From IMG/VR virus record IMGVR_UViG_3300017985_000024, positions 1-50,031 of that record: a stretch of 50,031 nucleotides of DNA. One strand, 5' to 3'. Shown here piece after piece: positions 25,977-35,199 of this stretch. The stretch's first letter is position 1. Each line of letters begins with the position of its first letter. Below the pieces are notes generated by a model, which saw only the letters and a list, made by a program, of their open reading frames with translations, was not told the DNA's origin and ran no database searches. The translations under genes were made by a program, and so were the position numbers. This DNA is from a virus (Duplodnaviria; Caudoviricetes).

Positions 25977-27200
25977 CTAGCCGATGACGACGACGCGGTA
26001 CTGATTCGTCGTGGGAGCCACGGCGAAGTCCAGAGTAACCTGCGAAGTCGAAGTCATCGTAATGTCAGGGATAACAACCGCACCAGAAGACTTCTCATAG
26101 ACCTGAACAGTGCAGTCAAGAGTCCCAAGGCTGTGGGTAACCGCAATGCTCGTGGCAGACCCATTACCAACGTCTGCCGCGTAGCGGGTCATAAACCCGA
26201 GGTTGGTCTTCGCGCCTGCGGCGGTCGAAGCCCCGGTACCACCGTGTGAAACGCCAACGTCGGTGCCTTCCCACGTTCCAGTGGAGATAGTGCCGAGCGT
26301 TGTAATAGAAGACTGACCAACATAGTTAGCATCAATATCAATGTTGTTGGCACCAACCGAAATACGGTTAGAAGTTCCAACAGCATCAATAGTGTTGCCA
26401 GTCTTCGTAAGACCGTTACCAGCAGTAATCTGACCAGCACCGGAGAACTGCTGGAAAGTTAGGGCAGTAGTTCCGAGAGTAATGGTCCCATCGGTGGTGA
26501 GAACGTAACCGTTGTCGCCGTTAGCAGTTCCTTCTTCAACAAAGACGAACATGCCAGCAGTGACTTCAGAGTTACCATCAGCGTCCTGCGAACGCGACCA
26601 AGAACCCGAAGTAGATGCAACGTAAATTCCGTTATCTGCGGCAGAAGTCTGGTCCTTGACCAAAATCCTGTCACCGTCAACGATGGTCTGACCGTCAAGG
26701 CTCGTAGTGCTGTTTGACAGGGTAATGTTGCTACCAGTAGTAGCCAGCCGTACAGAAGCCTTGGTGTCAAGACCCTGAACAAACGAGTCAACGTATGCCT
26801 TCGTGGCAACGTGCGCAGTGTCGGTTGGGTTACCGAACTTAGCCTGACCATTAGAATCGCGCTCAACAAGAGTTGACGCAGTAGCGTTACTCGTGGAGCC
26901 ATCCAACTTGGTCTTGTCAGAAGCGGACAGTGAACCAGCGGCGCTGGTGGTCGCAGCATCAATGCTAATAGTCGGGGTTGCACCGCCCGTGCTCTGAATC
27001 GGGGCAGTACCAGAGACAGACGACACCCAGTTGTCGTCAAGACGGTCCCACCCGCTGCCGTTGTAGACACGGAGATACCCAAGGGTGGTGTCGTAGTAAA
27101 TCTGGCCGGTAACCGGCGACGAAGGAGCAGACGCAAGATTCTGAATCCGTGCGTTCTGGACCTCGTTCTGAACAAGATTCAGATTATTGAGAATCTTCAA
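25977..27200 (-). CDS. Tail/head fibre protein
   Basis: ATKAYVD...SVRLATT...DGDRILVKDQT...NGIYV...WSRSQDAD...FVFVEEG. Confidence 0.75.
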   Translation of the reverse strand: MKILNNLNLVQNEVQNARIQNLASAPSSPVTGQIYYDTTLGYLRVYNGSGWDRLDDNWVSSVSGTAPIQSTGGATPTISIDAATTSAAGSLSASDKTKLDGSTSNATASTLVERDSNGQAKFGNPTDTAHVATKAYVDSFVQGLDTKASVRLATTGSNITLSNSTTSLDGQTIVDGDRILVKDQTSAADNGIYVASTSGSWSRSQDADGNSEVTAGMFVFVEEGTANGDNGYVLTTDGTITLGTTALTFQQFSGAGQITAGNGLTKTGNTIDAVGTSNRISVGANNIDIDANYVGQSSITTLGTISTGTWEGTDVGVSHGGTGASTAAGAKTNLGFMTRYAADVGNGSATSIAVTHSLGTLDCTVQVYEKSSGAVVIPDITMTSTSQVTLDFAVAPTTNQYRVVVIG

Positions 27201-27213
27201 CGTCTAGCCCCCG

Positions 27214-27549
27214 CTAGTTGAGATACGCCTTGCCGCTAAAAGAAGCGCTAAAAGTAACTGTAACTTGGTAAGCAGAATCATACTGAACATCGCTGATAAT
27301 CACACTACCCGCAGAGTCAATTACAACAACAGAAGGGTGCTTACCAAGATTATGCTCAATTACCCAAGTGTCTGATGCAACTGACTGAGTGTGTGTGTAA
27401 GTCTCGTTTGCTGGACCTGCTGGCCCCTGCGTCCCGATAGAGACAACAGAAATAACTTCCTCTGTTACATATACCTGAATTTCGTCGCCAGATACAGAGA
27501 CAGAAGGCTCATCTTGGCTGACGATAACCTCAAAGCCGTCTTCAGCCAT
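27214..27549 (-). CDS. Small virion protein
   Basis: GTQGPAG...YTHTQ..ASDTWVIEHNLGKHPSV...FSGKAYL. Confidence 0.65.
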   Translation of the reverse strand: MAEDGFEVIVSQDEPSVSVSGDEIQVYVTEEVISVVSIGTQGPAGPANETYTHTQSVASDTWVIEHNLGKHPSVVVIDSAGSVIISDVQYDSAYQVTVTFSASFSGKAYLN

Positions 27550-27773
27550 TAATTATCCTCTGCTTCAACAATTGCGACCAAGCGCATGTATGGCCAACTT
27601 TTAGAGATTACTTCTCTAACTATGCAGGTCATGCAGCCACAAAACGGCGCAGAAACATCGGCATAAGAATCGTCGCTGTCAAGAGCCTCAAAGCACATAG
27701 CAAGATGCTCTTCGGCAGCCTGTGCTGCATTTGAAATCGCTACTTCAATAAACGCATCGCCGGTGATGCTCAC
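27549..27773 (-). CDS. Hypothetical protein with CGCxTC motif
   Basis: HLAMC...PFCGCMTCIVREVI; overlapped starts and stops. Confidence 0.6.
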   Translation of the reverse strand: MSITGDAFIEVAISNAAQAAEEHLAMCFEALDSDDSYADVSAPFCGCMTCIVREVISKSWPYMRLVAIVEAEDN

Positions 27774-28147
27774 CGGGTTACCTCTGGGTTCACAATAAAG
27801 TCACCGTGCAGAAGGCGCGTAACGTCACCGCTCCCAGAAATCAACTCTAGGTCATACACGCCGACAAGCGCGTCTGAAAAACCACTTGGAACAGCGGTCG
27901 AAAAACCAGCAGTAGCGGTGTCGGAAATATAAAGCGTAATAGTCCCGTTTGACCCGCCAAGCGTAATTCCACCGTTGGCCGTCGTAAGTTCAACAATTGT
28001 TGATGACGCCGACATTGTCGTCCGCGCCTGCATTCTTGCGCTGTACCCACTCAGGTTTACAAGTGCGCCAGAAGAGTCTTTCCACGTTATCGTCTTGCGG
28101 AAAGTCGCACCTTGGTCCACAACAATGTCATATCTACCAGAAGTCAT
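27770..28147 (-). CDS. Fibre-attachment/baseplate Ig-like protein (LtfC/BppU-like)
   Basis: YDIVVDQGATF...VNLSGYSARMQ...GVYDLEL...RLLHG.F.V.PEVT. Confidence 0.7.
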   Translation of the reverse strand: MTSGRYDIVVDQGATFRKTITWKDSSGALVNLSGYSARMQARTTMSASSTIVELTTANGGITLGGSNGTITLYISDTATAGFSTAVPSGFSDALVGVYDLELISGSGDVTRLLHGDFIVNPEVTR

Positions 28148-29310
28148 TAGTACCTAATAATGTGGTTCAAAATGATTGTCGGCTGAGTATTCTGGTGAGC
28201 AGAAGATGCGTTGAGAGCAGTCACGGTGTGAACATGGGAACCGCCGGTAACAGAGTGCGAGTGACGGGCCGTTGCGCCGCCCAAACCGGCAAGGCCATAT
28301 CCGCCGTACTGCGCAGCAGAGTTAATGTTTGCACTTGACTCGGCGTTGTAGGTCTGCACCAGCGCACCGCCGCCGGGAATGGCGTGCGAGTGGTCGGGTG
28401 TATCAACACCAACGGTGTGACTATGCCCGCCATCAGCGTTGACGCTATGCGCTGGCATACCAGACTGCGAAGAGTTCAACTGATGCGTTTCAGAGCCACC
28501 GGCACTTCCAAGCAAGGTCCCAGTAACACCAGAACCACCAGTAGTCAGCCTGCCCGCGGTGCTGCCGTTCATATTGTCCTTACCCGCAACAACCCTGCCA
28601 CGCAGGTCTGGGAGCCGGAAAAACCCAGAAGTCTCGGCACCGTTGTTGTAATCGGTTCCGATAACTGAAAACAGGTCAGCGTATGTGCTTTCAGAAATCT
28701 CTTGACCTGCGCAGAGCAAATACTGTGCAGGAGCAGACGAGCCAGCAAACGGGATAACAGAACCGACCGGAACAAGAAGATTCTGAAGTGCTACCGCAAG
28801 GTCGCTAAGAACAATTGTGTTGTCAACAATTTGAGTTGAGCCAACCGAAGACGCGGGCAATGGGTCGGTAGTAAGGGTGTGCATGTGGCCATGCTTCCCA
28901 TACCCAGCAATCTGGACAAGTGAAGAAAGCGCTGAAGACCCGTCCCAAGAAACAGTCGCTACCTTACGGTAGTTTGCGGCGCTTGGAACTCCCGTACCCG
29001 CAACCTTTTCAAGCGCAAAAGCCGACAAAGAATCGTCGTCGCTTGTGGTCGCAAAAATCCCATACGTTCCGGAGGCATCAGAACCAGTAAAAGCGACGCT
29101 TAGCGGCGTTTCAATGTAACGGAACTTGTCATCAATCGTAATTGACGAAACACTGTTCCCGGCCCCGGCGTTGAGGACGACCGAAGTTCCAGAGATAGCC
29201 AAAGCCATATTAGTGGCCTGACCGGCTTCGATTTCCTGAATTCGATTGAGGAACTGGGCAGCAACAATCGTAGTCCCGTCAACAAAATCAACCTGCTTTG
29301 GTGCGGCCAC
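28147..29310 (-). CDS. Baseplate-proximal tail fibre with tail collar domain
   Basis: DFVDGTTIVAAQFLN N-terminus; PVGSVIPFAG...FRLPDLRGRV...HQNTQPTIILNHII. Confidence 0.82.
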   Translation of the reverse strand: MAAPKQVDFVDGTTIVAAQFLNRIQEIEAGQATNMALAISGTSVVLNAGAGNSVSSITIDDKFRYIETPLSVAFTGSDASGTYGIFATTSDDDSLSAFALEKVAGTGVPSAANYRKVATVSWDGSSALSSLVQIAGYGKHGHMHTLTTDPLPASSVGSTQIVDNTIVLSDLAVALQNLLVPVGSVIPFAGSSAPAQYLLCAGQEISESTYADLFSVIGTDYNNGAETSGFFRLPDLRGRVVAGKDNMNGSTAGRLTTGGSGVTGTLLGSAGGSETHQLNSSQSGMPAHSVNADGGHSHTVGVDTPDHSHAIPGGGALVQTYNAESSANINSAAQYGGYGLAGLGGATARHSHSVTGGSHVHTVTALNASSAHQNTQPTIILNHIIRY

Positions 29311-29322
29311 AAATACCCCCGG

Positions 29323-30357
29323 CTAAAGTGCGTCGCCAGCCCTAGAGACGCCAGACACAAACGTCGCGTAACTTACAGAAGTCTGAATACCAGCGGGCTT
29401 AATCCTTGAAATAAGAGACTCTGCGGCAGAACGATACTTTGCCGCATCTGCGTCTGTACCGCTTAGATTAAGCCTGAATACCACATTGTACGTTGAATAG
29501 TTGTCAGTAACGACAATGCTAGAGCCGACTTGTCCATTCAACGAGTTAAAAAACTCTGTCCTTAGACCGCCAACGCCGCGAATGCTCTCTTCGATAATTT
29601 GACTTCTTTCCTGAGTGCTCAAAGAGACAAGCGAGGGAAGTCCCAAAAATTGCTCCCAAACAGGCACAGCCCACGTTGCCTGTGAAGGGAATGACTGAAG
29701 CGCATAGTCGTCGTAAATAGAATAAATATCACCAATTGCACGAGCCTGCGCAAAGTAGATATCGCGAGCAGCCTGAGTATCTGAAAGAAAAGACGGAGCG
29801 GCAGTATCAATCATGTGGCTAACAATGTCTCTTACTGGCCAGTTCCAGACAAATGTTTCATCAAAAAGAACATCCCCGCCAGCGGTTTGAATTTCTAGGC
29901 GAACCGACTCTGACTCAGCAAAAGAAGGAGTGGTTACCGGCACCTCACCGCTAACCGAATCTCCAAGCGGGTGAAAATAAATTACTCCGTCTTCCCAAAA
30001 CCAAGAGTTTGGCGTTGTGTCAACAGCCGCAGCGCTTGATGCTTTTGGAATAAGAGAGCGGCTTGGGTTCGTTAGATAAAGTACTTCTCTGTCAGAAGAA
30101 GCCTCAAAATGGTTAGACACGGGCGACCAAGCAGGCTCAAACTCTGTACCCGGCAGCGGAGAATAACCATGAACCCAAAACGCAAACTCGTCGGGAACCG
30201 AAGTTGATGATACGCCGGTTTCCCAATCCTGCCCGTTTACTCTCCAACGAATGCTGGAAGGATTCGTAGAGACAGAAGAAATGTCTCCAATAATAAGCAA
30301 GCGGCCATTGCCAACAGTGTTTGGTTGCCAAACAGGGATGTTAACTACAAGAGGCAA
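29323..30357 (-). CDS. Baseplate wedge protein (XkdU/DUF2313-like) with N-terminal extension
   Basis: QSFPSQATWAVPVWEQFLGL...ERSQII...IKPAG; position after baseplate J. Confidence 0.72.
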   Translation of the reverse strand: MPLVVNIPVWQPNTVGNGRLLIIGDISSVSTNPSSIRWRVNGQDWETGVSSTSVPDEFAFWVHGYSPLPGTEFEPAWSPVSNHFEASSDREVLYLTNPSRSLIPKASSAAAVDTTPNSWFWEDGVIYFHPLGDSVSGEVPVTTPSFAESESVRLEIQTAGGDVLFDETFVWNWPVRDIVSHMIDTAAPSFLSDTQAARDIYFAQARAIGDIYSIYDDYALQSFPSQATWAVPVWEQFLGLPSLVSLSTQERSQIIEESIRGVGGLRTEFFNSLNGQVGSSIVVTDNYSTYNVVFRLNLSGTDADAAKYRSAAESLISRIKPAGIQTSVSYATFVSGVSRAGDAL

Positions 30358-30630
30358 CTAGAGCGCACCAGAAACTATTGCAACAATAATTGCCGAAGCC
30401 GTAGAGAGTCCCGCAGCAAAAACCGCAAGCCCCAAAGTCCAACGACGCTGGCTGTCTTCGCGTCGGTGCTCTTCGTTCACTTCATCACGGTGCTGAGAAA
30501 GCGAAAGAGCACCAATAGTGTCAACCAAGCCATCAATCTTGTTAACAAGCCGCTCAATGTCGTCAGAAAGACGCTGAATGTCTCGTTCGTAGATGTGCCA
30601 TGGAACATAGTCGGGAATTGATGCGGACAT
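30358..30630 (-). CDS. Coiled-coil + C-terminal transmembrane protein (holin-like)
   Basis: IQRLSDDIERLVNKIDGL coiled coil; RRWTLGLAVFAAGLSTASAIIVAIV TM helix. Confidence 0.55.
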   Translation of the reverse strand: MSASIPDYVPWHIYERDIQRLSDDIERLVNKIDGLVDTIGALSLSQHRDEVNEEHRREDSQRRWTLGLAVFAAGLSTASAIIVAIVSGAL

Positions 30631-30641
30631 AGATACCTTGC

Positions 30642-32261
30642 CTAGATTGCCGTTAACGTCAAGGTGCCCAAAACGGGTCCTTGGTCTGACTCTAGGGTTG
30701 TCAGGTTTGTGTTCACAGACAAAGAGTTGAGTTGCAAATTCTCGTAATCAACAACTCCACGAGTGTCGTGAATAATGTTCGCAATCTCCGCAATACGAAT
30801 TACGGAGCCAGACGGCAGACGCCTAAAGTAATCGCTAATTGAGGACTCAATAATCCCCTCAATGTCTGCGACAACAAGACCAGCATCAAGAACAATCTCG
30901 CCAGTTACATCAACTGACGCAGAGCGAGCAGACCTGACAGTAACCTGAATTCCAATAGGAACCTGACCCGTCAAAAATCCGCCGGTCGTACTCTTTATCC
31001 GAAGCCCATCAACGACAACCGTGTTTGTAGTCGAAGAGGTTGCAGGATGCTCAAGGGTAATTTCTACCGACTGAACAGAAGCCCAACTGAAATCAGAGGC
31101 TTCAGTAAAGTCGGAACGGGGGATGTTCAGTACTGCCCTTGTCGTAATGTTTGACAACGAGTTAATTGTTGCCGCGCTGATGGTCGCAGTAGCAGTTCCG
31201 CTATTGGAAGAAATAAACTTAACAATAAAGTTCTGCAAGTCCCCGGCAGACGTAACCCGCTTGATGAATAGAGAAACCTCGTCTGCGGCACTGTCAAATT
31301 CCGACAAATCAACAATATTGCTAAACGTGTGACTAATCGTTGTTTCGTCCGGATGATGTGCGTCAATCTGAATGCTTTCTTTTCCTTCAAGAGCAGCAGA
31401 AACAGTTGTTCCATTCGTCCAAGACTCAGGCGCCTCAAAGTGCGCCAAGTTTTTGACAGACGGGTCAAAGAACTCCTGAAGCCTCTCAACCGTATCTGGG
31501 CCAACATAAGGCGCAAGACGGCCTGAGAGCGTGACCAAAGCGGTTCCGTTACCGTCCCAAAGGTCGGTCACGGCCACGTTCTGAACATCTGGCTCACGCA
31601 AAGCAACAGCGTTGTAATAAGCAGCATTCGCGGTCCCCGCAAGCGACTGAAGGCGCTGAGAAAGCGAAAGGCGAAGTGATTCATCGTCTTCCTCGTCTGC
31701 GCCACCGCTTGCGGCGGTCGGGTTAGTTACAGAAGAAATACCATCTGGTGCATCAACGATAAGCGTGATTTCGCCAGCATCAACATTTGAAACAAGTCCA
31801 GCAGTAGTTGATACGCACGGGACACTGATGCTGCCGCCCGCGGGGATAGTTGCTTCTTCTGACGGAACAAAAGACACGCTCTCAACGCCAGTAGCAGAGT
31901 CACCAGCACTCGCAAAAGTAGAGTTGTTCGCATTGAGAACAACACCAGAAGTACCGGTCACGGTGACGTTGACCGTTGAGTTCAGGGCACCGCCGCGACT
32001 TACCCCAAGTTCGCCAGCACGAATATCCAGATAATCGCCAGTGGCGTAGGCCACAAAAGACTGCTGGAAAAGTTCGCTCGCATAAGAAATAAGACGAGCA
32101 CGCTCAAAAACTAGCGGTCGGAAAAGACCGTGAATGACGGAGCCTTCGCGAGTGTTGTACGAGTTTCCGCCCGGAGGTGCGGGGAGGTCCGCAAGCATCC
32201 TCTCCGTAATTGTCTCTTCGCTTTCAGCAGGAAGAAGGCTGTTGAAGTCAATGTCAGCCAA
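30642..32261 (-). CDS. Baseplate J-like protein (XkdT-like) with internal insertion
   Basis: TREGS...ATGDYLD..A...GV.R, GGADEEDDESLR, WDGNGT, GVVDY; probable TTG start at 32261. Confidence 0.88.
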   Translation of the reverse strand: MADIDFNSLLPAESEETITERMLADLPAPPGGNSYNTREGSVIHGLFRPLVFERARLISYASELFQQSFVAYATGDYLDIRAGELGVSRGGALNSTVNVTVTGTSGVVLNANNSTFASAGDSATGVESVSFVPSEEATIPAGGSISVPCVSTTAGLVSNVDAGEITLIVDAPDGISSVTNPTAASGGADEEDDESLRLSLSQRLQSLAGTANAAYYNAVALREPDVQNVAVTDLWDGNGTALVTLSGRLAPYVGPDTVERLQEFFDPSVKNLAHFEAPESWTNGTTVSAALEGKESIQIDAHHPDETTISHTFSNIVDLSEFDSAADEVSLFIKRVTSAGDLQNFIVKFISSNSGTATATISAATINSLSNITTRAVLNIPRSDFTEASDFSWASVQSVEITLEHPATSSTTNTVVVDGLRIKSTTGGFLTGQVPIGIQVTVRSARSASVDVTGEIVLDAGLVVADIEGIIESSISDYFRRLPSGSVIRIAEIANIIHDTRGVVDYENLQLNSLSVNTNLTTLESDQGPVLGTLTLTAI

Positions 32262-32745
32262 AGGTGGCCCCACCCTCAAATGTTAGTGACGAATTATCGT
32301 CAAGTATTGCTGTTGCCTCAAATGCAAGACGGTAATCATCAATAAAACCGACGCGAACATCATCTATGCGGTCAATGCGCTCGTGATTAAGAATCGCGTC
32401 CTCAATAGCGACAATAACCTGCTCTTCGATATCTGAAATATTTGCAGTGCTAGTACTAACAATGTCTGCTAGCACGCTTCCAAAGTTCTCGCTAAATATC
32501 AATTCATCGCCACGGCGAGTGACAAGTGCGTTCTGAACCCACTGCGAAAGAGCGCGACCTTCATCACAGATTACAAGGTCAAATTCGGTGCTGAGAGAAA
32601 GGTCGTCACCCAACGCATCAAAAGAAATATCAACACCAAGCGGTACGGGTGGTGTTGCATCGTCCTGCTCTACGTCGGCAACGTAGTCAGGAACGAGGTC
32701 GGGCTGTAGCCCAAACTCTGTAATAAAAGGAAGTGTGGAAGCCAT
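32254..32745 (-). CDS. Baseplate wedge/sheath initiator (XkdS/gp25-like)
   Basis: ALSQWVQNALVT.RG...FSENFGS...IEDAILNHERIDRIDD. Confidence 0.75.
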   Translation of the reverse strand: MASTLPFITEFGLQPDLVPDYVADVEQDDATPPVPLGVDISFDALGDDLSLSTEFDLVICDEGRALSQWVQNALVTRRGDELIFSENFGSVLADIVSTSTANISDIEEQVIVAIEDAILNHERIDRIDDVRVGFIDDYRLAFEATAILDDNSSLTFEGGATFG

Positions 32746-33015
32746 TTAGGCGTTCACCCTCATAATAAAAAATCCACCCGAATACACTGGAAGCACAAGA
32801 ACCACATGACCAACAGAAGGAGTGTACCCATGTGCCGTTACAAAGTCTTCGTCTTCAAGAGTCAATTGACTACCAAGCACACGAACACGGACAGGGTTTG
32901 ATGCGATAACTCTTCCAACATCAATTATTGGCATTGACATTTCCACATGCCCCGAAGAGCGTGCGTCTGCCAAGGCAACAAAAGAAGCAGCAAGACTGTC
33001 AAAACTATCCGCCAA
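32746..33015 (-). CDS. Baseplate spike-like protein (XkdR-like)
   Basis: GRVIASNPVRV...PSVGHVVLVL OB-fold pattern; position after the hub. Confidence 0.62.
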   Translation of the reverse strand: MADSFDSLAASFVALADARSSGHVEMSMPIIDVGRVIASNPVRVRVLGSQLTLEDEDFVTAHGYTPSVGHVVLVLPVYSGGFFIMRVNA

Positions 33016-35197
33016 TTACCCTGCTCCTATACCCGTCCCCGCGCATTGAAACATTCGGGTTTTTACCAGAAATGTCACGATAAAAATTCTTGACGTTGGA
33101 TGCCCAGATAACAGGAGAATTTGTCACGCTGCTTGACTGAGCATAAAGCAAAGACATTTCATCAATAGTCTCCGCCTTTTCGTATGCGCTGCTACTAAGA
33201 AGCCGTGGTCCAGTAGTGGCAATGATGCACTCTTCGTAGGAATTAAACGAAGCCTTCGACGGCCCACCACCAAAGCCGGTGATGTTCTTGGTCCTTTGAG
33301 ACGGCCCATACTTGCCCAAATTGCTTTCATAACAAGCAATTGCAACCACAAAGATTGGGTCTATCTCGTGCTGCTCAGAGTACTCCAAGAACACATCAGA
33401 AAGTTCGATAAAGAACTTTTCGGCCCCAAAAGACAAAAGTTTTGCCTCAAGCGCGGCAGCATTAACCCTCGTATCAACCCCACCAGTGTTGCCGCCCGTT
33501 GAATAACCAACATTCGTCGGGTCTTCACTGACAGACTTCGACCACTCTTCTCCAACAGCGCTAATCCTTGCAGTGCGCGAGCCAGCAGAAGTTGTCCCAC
33601 CAGCAGAACTTGTTGCAGTACCAGTACCCTGACGCGACAAAGGAACAGGGCGACGGATTGTTGTGAGACTAGAGCGCACGCTATTAAGCGAAATCTTTGT
33701 CCCCGTTCTGCGAGCCTCCCACTGCTTGCCGTTCCCGGCATAAAGGGCAACATGACCTGAGCCATAAAAAATAAGGTCGCCCGGAGCCGCCTGAGAAATT
33801 GAAGGCACATTTTCCCCGAAAGCAATCTGCTGATAGGTAACGCGGGGAATACTGATATTCGCGCCGTACTTCCAAGCGAGCATCGTAAGCGCGGAGCAAT
33901 CAAGGCCCTTATACGGAGTGGTGCCGCCAAAAAGATAGGGAACGCCCGCCTGAGTAGCGGCCCACTGGGCTGCACGTTCTCCCATAAGGCCGCTATACGC
34001 CATTGGTCCAGTTGTAAAGGAAGAACCACTACTTCCGCCGGTCCTCGTCGTGCTAACCGCCGCAGGGTTGTACTCTTCCTCCGAAACACCAACCTCTGGG
34101 AACTTTGCTGTGTAACTAAGTTCAAGGTCCATGTTGTGACCAGCGGGGCTAAACGAGTGGCTAACACTAGAAACAAAATAATTTCCGTTAAGCCCTGTCC
34201 CCTTGTCTTGGATAAAAACAAGGTCGCTTGCCCTTAGCGTCGGGGTGCCAACTCCCTTAATTTTTGCTGTCCTCTTAAGAGAGCGCTGCTTTCTAAGTTC
34301 CGTGCGAGCAACCCTCTTCGCGTCACTGGGCCGAGTGTTTTTCGGGAGGACTTCAAACTTTCTGATTCTTCCGTAACGTGCTACAGCATTTGAATCAGAA
34401 ACGGTCACACGGCTGACTTCCTTGCCGTCCTTGTCTACGACAAGACCCGTGTATTCGCTGACAAGGTCTTCAAGAGACTCAGTCCTGTCTGCACCAATAA
34501 TGTTGTCTTCATCCGTAAGCGCCCACCTGTAGTCCTGATAAACCACTGGCTCAATCACAATCATGCCCGGATTGAGAATTCCGCCTTCAGGATTTCTAGA
34601 AGACCTTCCCGCGCGAATGCGGTACGAGGCGCCCGTGACCTGCTTATCGCGCATGTACGCCTTTAGGATTGCCTCATAAGGAGTTACTTCCTGAAGGTTA
34701 AACCACTTAATCTTGTAAGAAGTGGGCGTAATCATTGCGTAGCGAGAAAGCCCGTACTGCCCAAGAATGTTTGCTGCAATTTCTGATGCAGTCCAACCAT
34801 TCTTCTTAGACTTAGTCTTACGAAAGAGAAAATTCCTCGTGCCCTGCCTCTGCAAGAAGGAAACCGTGTCTAGGGCGACAATTGTCGCCTGACGAATCCT
34901 CTCGTCGGACACCGTTCTTTCCCAAACATAAAGTCGCGGGCAAATGTGAATTCTTTTCCCGTTAATTGGAGAGCGACCAACAACCGTAAGCCAAGTGCCC
35001 GGAGCAATAGTCTTCCCAACACCATTTACGTCATCAATAGTGATGGAGGCTTCGGTTGCGCACCGTGAAGACTCGTCGCGAATATCAATCGCGCTAAGAA
35101 CGTCGCCAAGCCGTATTGGACGCGACTTGTAGGGGTACGCGGTTACCTCAATGTCCGTGAAGACACCGGGGCGGAGAGGGACAGAAAGGGTAGGCAC
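33005..35197 (-). CDS. Baseplate hub (XkdQ-like) fused to NlpC/P60 peptidase and a lysozyme-like glucosaminidase
   Basis: Hub N-terminus (ARYGRI, GNYFVSSVSHSF...MDLEL); GVPYLFGG...DCS...PGDLIF...HVALY; IDPIFVVAIACYES...KNITG. Confidence 0.85.
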   Translation of the reverse strand: MPTLSVPLRPGVFTDIEVTAYPYKSRPIRLGDVLSAIDIRDESSRCATEASITIDDVNGVGKTIAPGTWLTVVGRSPINGKRIHICPRLYVWERTVSDERIRQATIVALDTVSFLQRQGTRNFLFRKTKSKKNGWTASEIAANILGQYGLSRYAMITPTSYKIKWFNLQEVTPYEAILKAYMRDKQVTGASYRIRAGRSSRNPEGGILNPGMIVIEPVVYQDYRWALTDEDNIIGADRTESLEDLVSEYTGLVVDKDGKEVSRVTVSDSNAVARYGRIRKFEVLPKNTRPSDAKRVARTELRKQRSLKRTAKIKGVGTPTLRASDLVFIQDKGTGLNGNYFVSSVSHSFSPAGHNMDLELSYTAKFPEVGVSEEEYNPAAVSTTRTGGSSGSSFTTGPMAYSGLMGERAAQWAATQAGVPYLFGGTTPYKGLDCSALTMLAWKYGANISIPRVTYQQIAFGENVPSISQAAPGDLIFYGSGHVALYAGNGKQWEARRTGTKISLNSVRSSLTTIRRPVPLSRQGTGTATSSAGGTTSAGSRTARISAVGEEWSKSVSEDPTNVGYSTGGNTGGVDTRVNAAALEAKLLSFGAEKFFIELSDVFLEYSEQHEIDPIFVVAIACYESNLGKYGPSQRTKNITGFGGGPSKASFNSYEECIIATTGPRLLSSSAYEKAETIDEMSLLYAQSSSVTNSPVIWASNVKNFYRDISGKNPNVSMRGDGYRSRVIGG

Positions 35198-35199
35198 GT

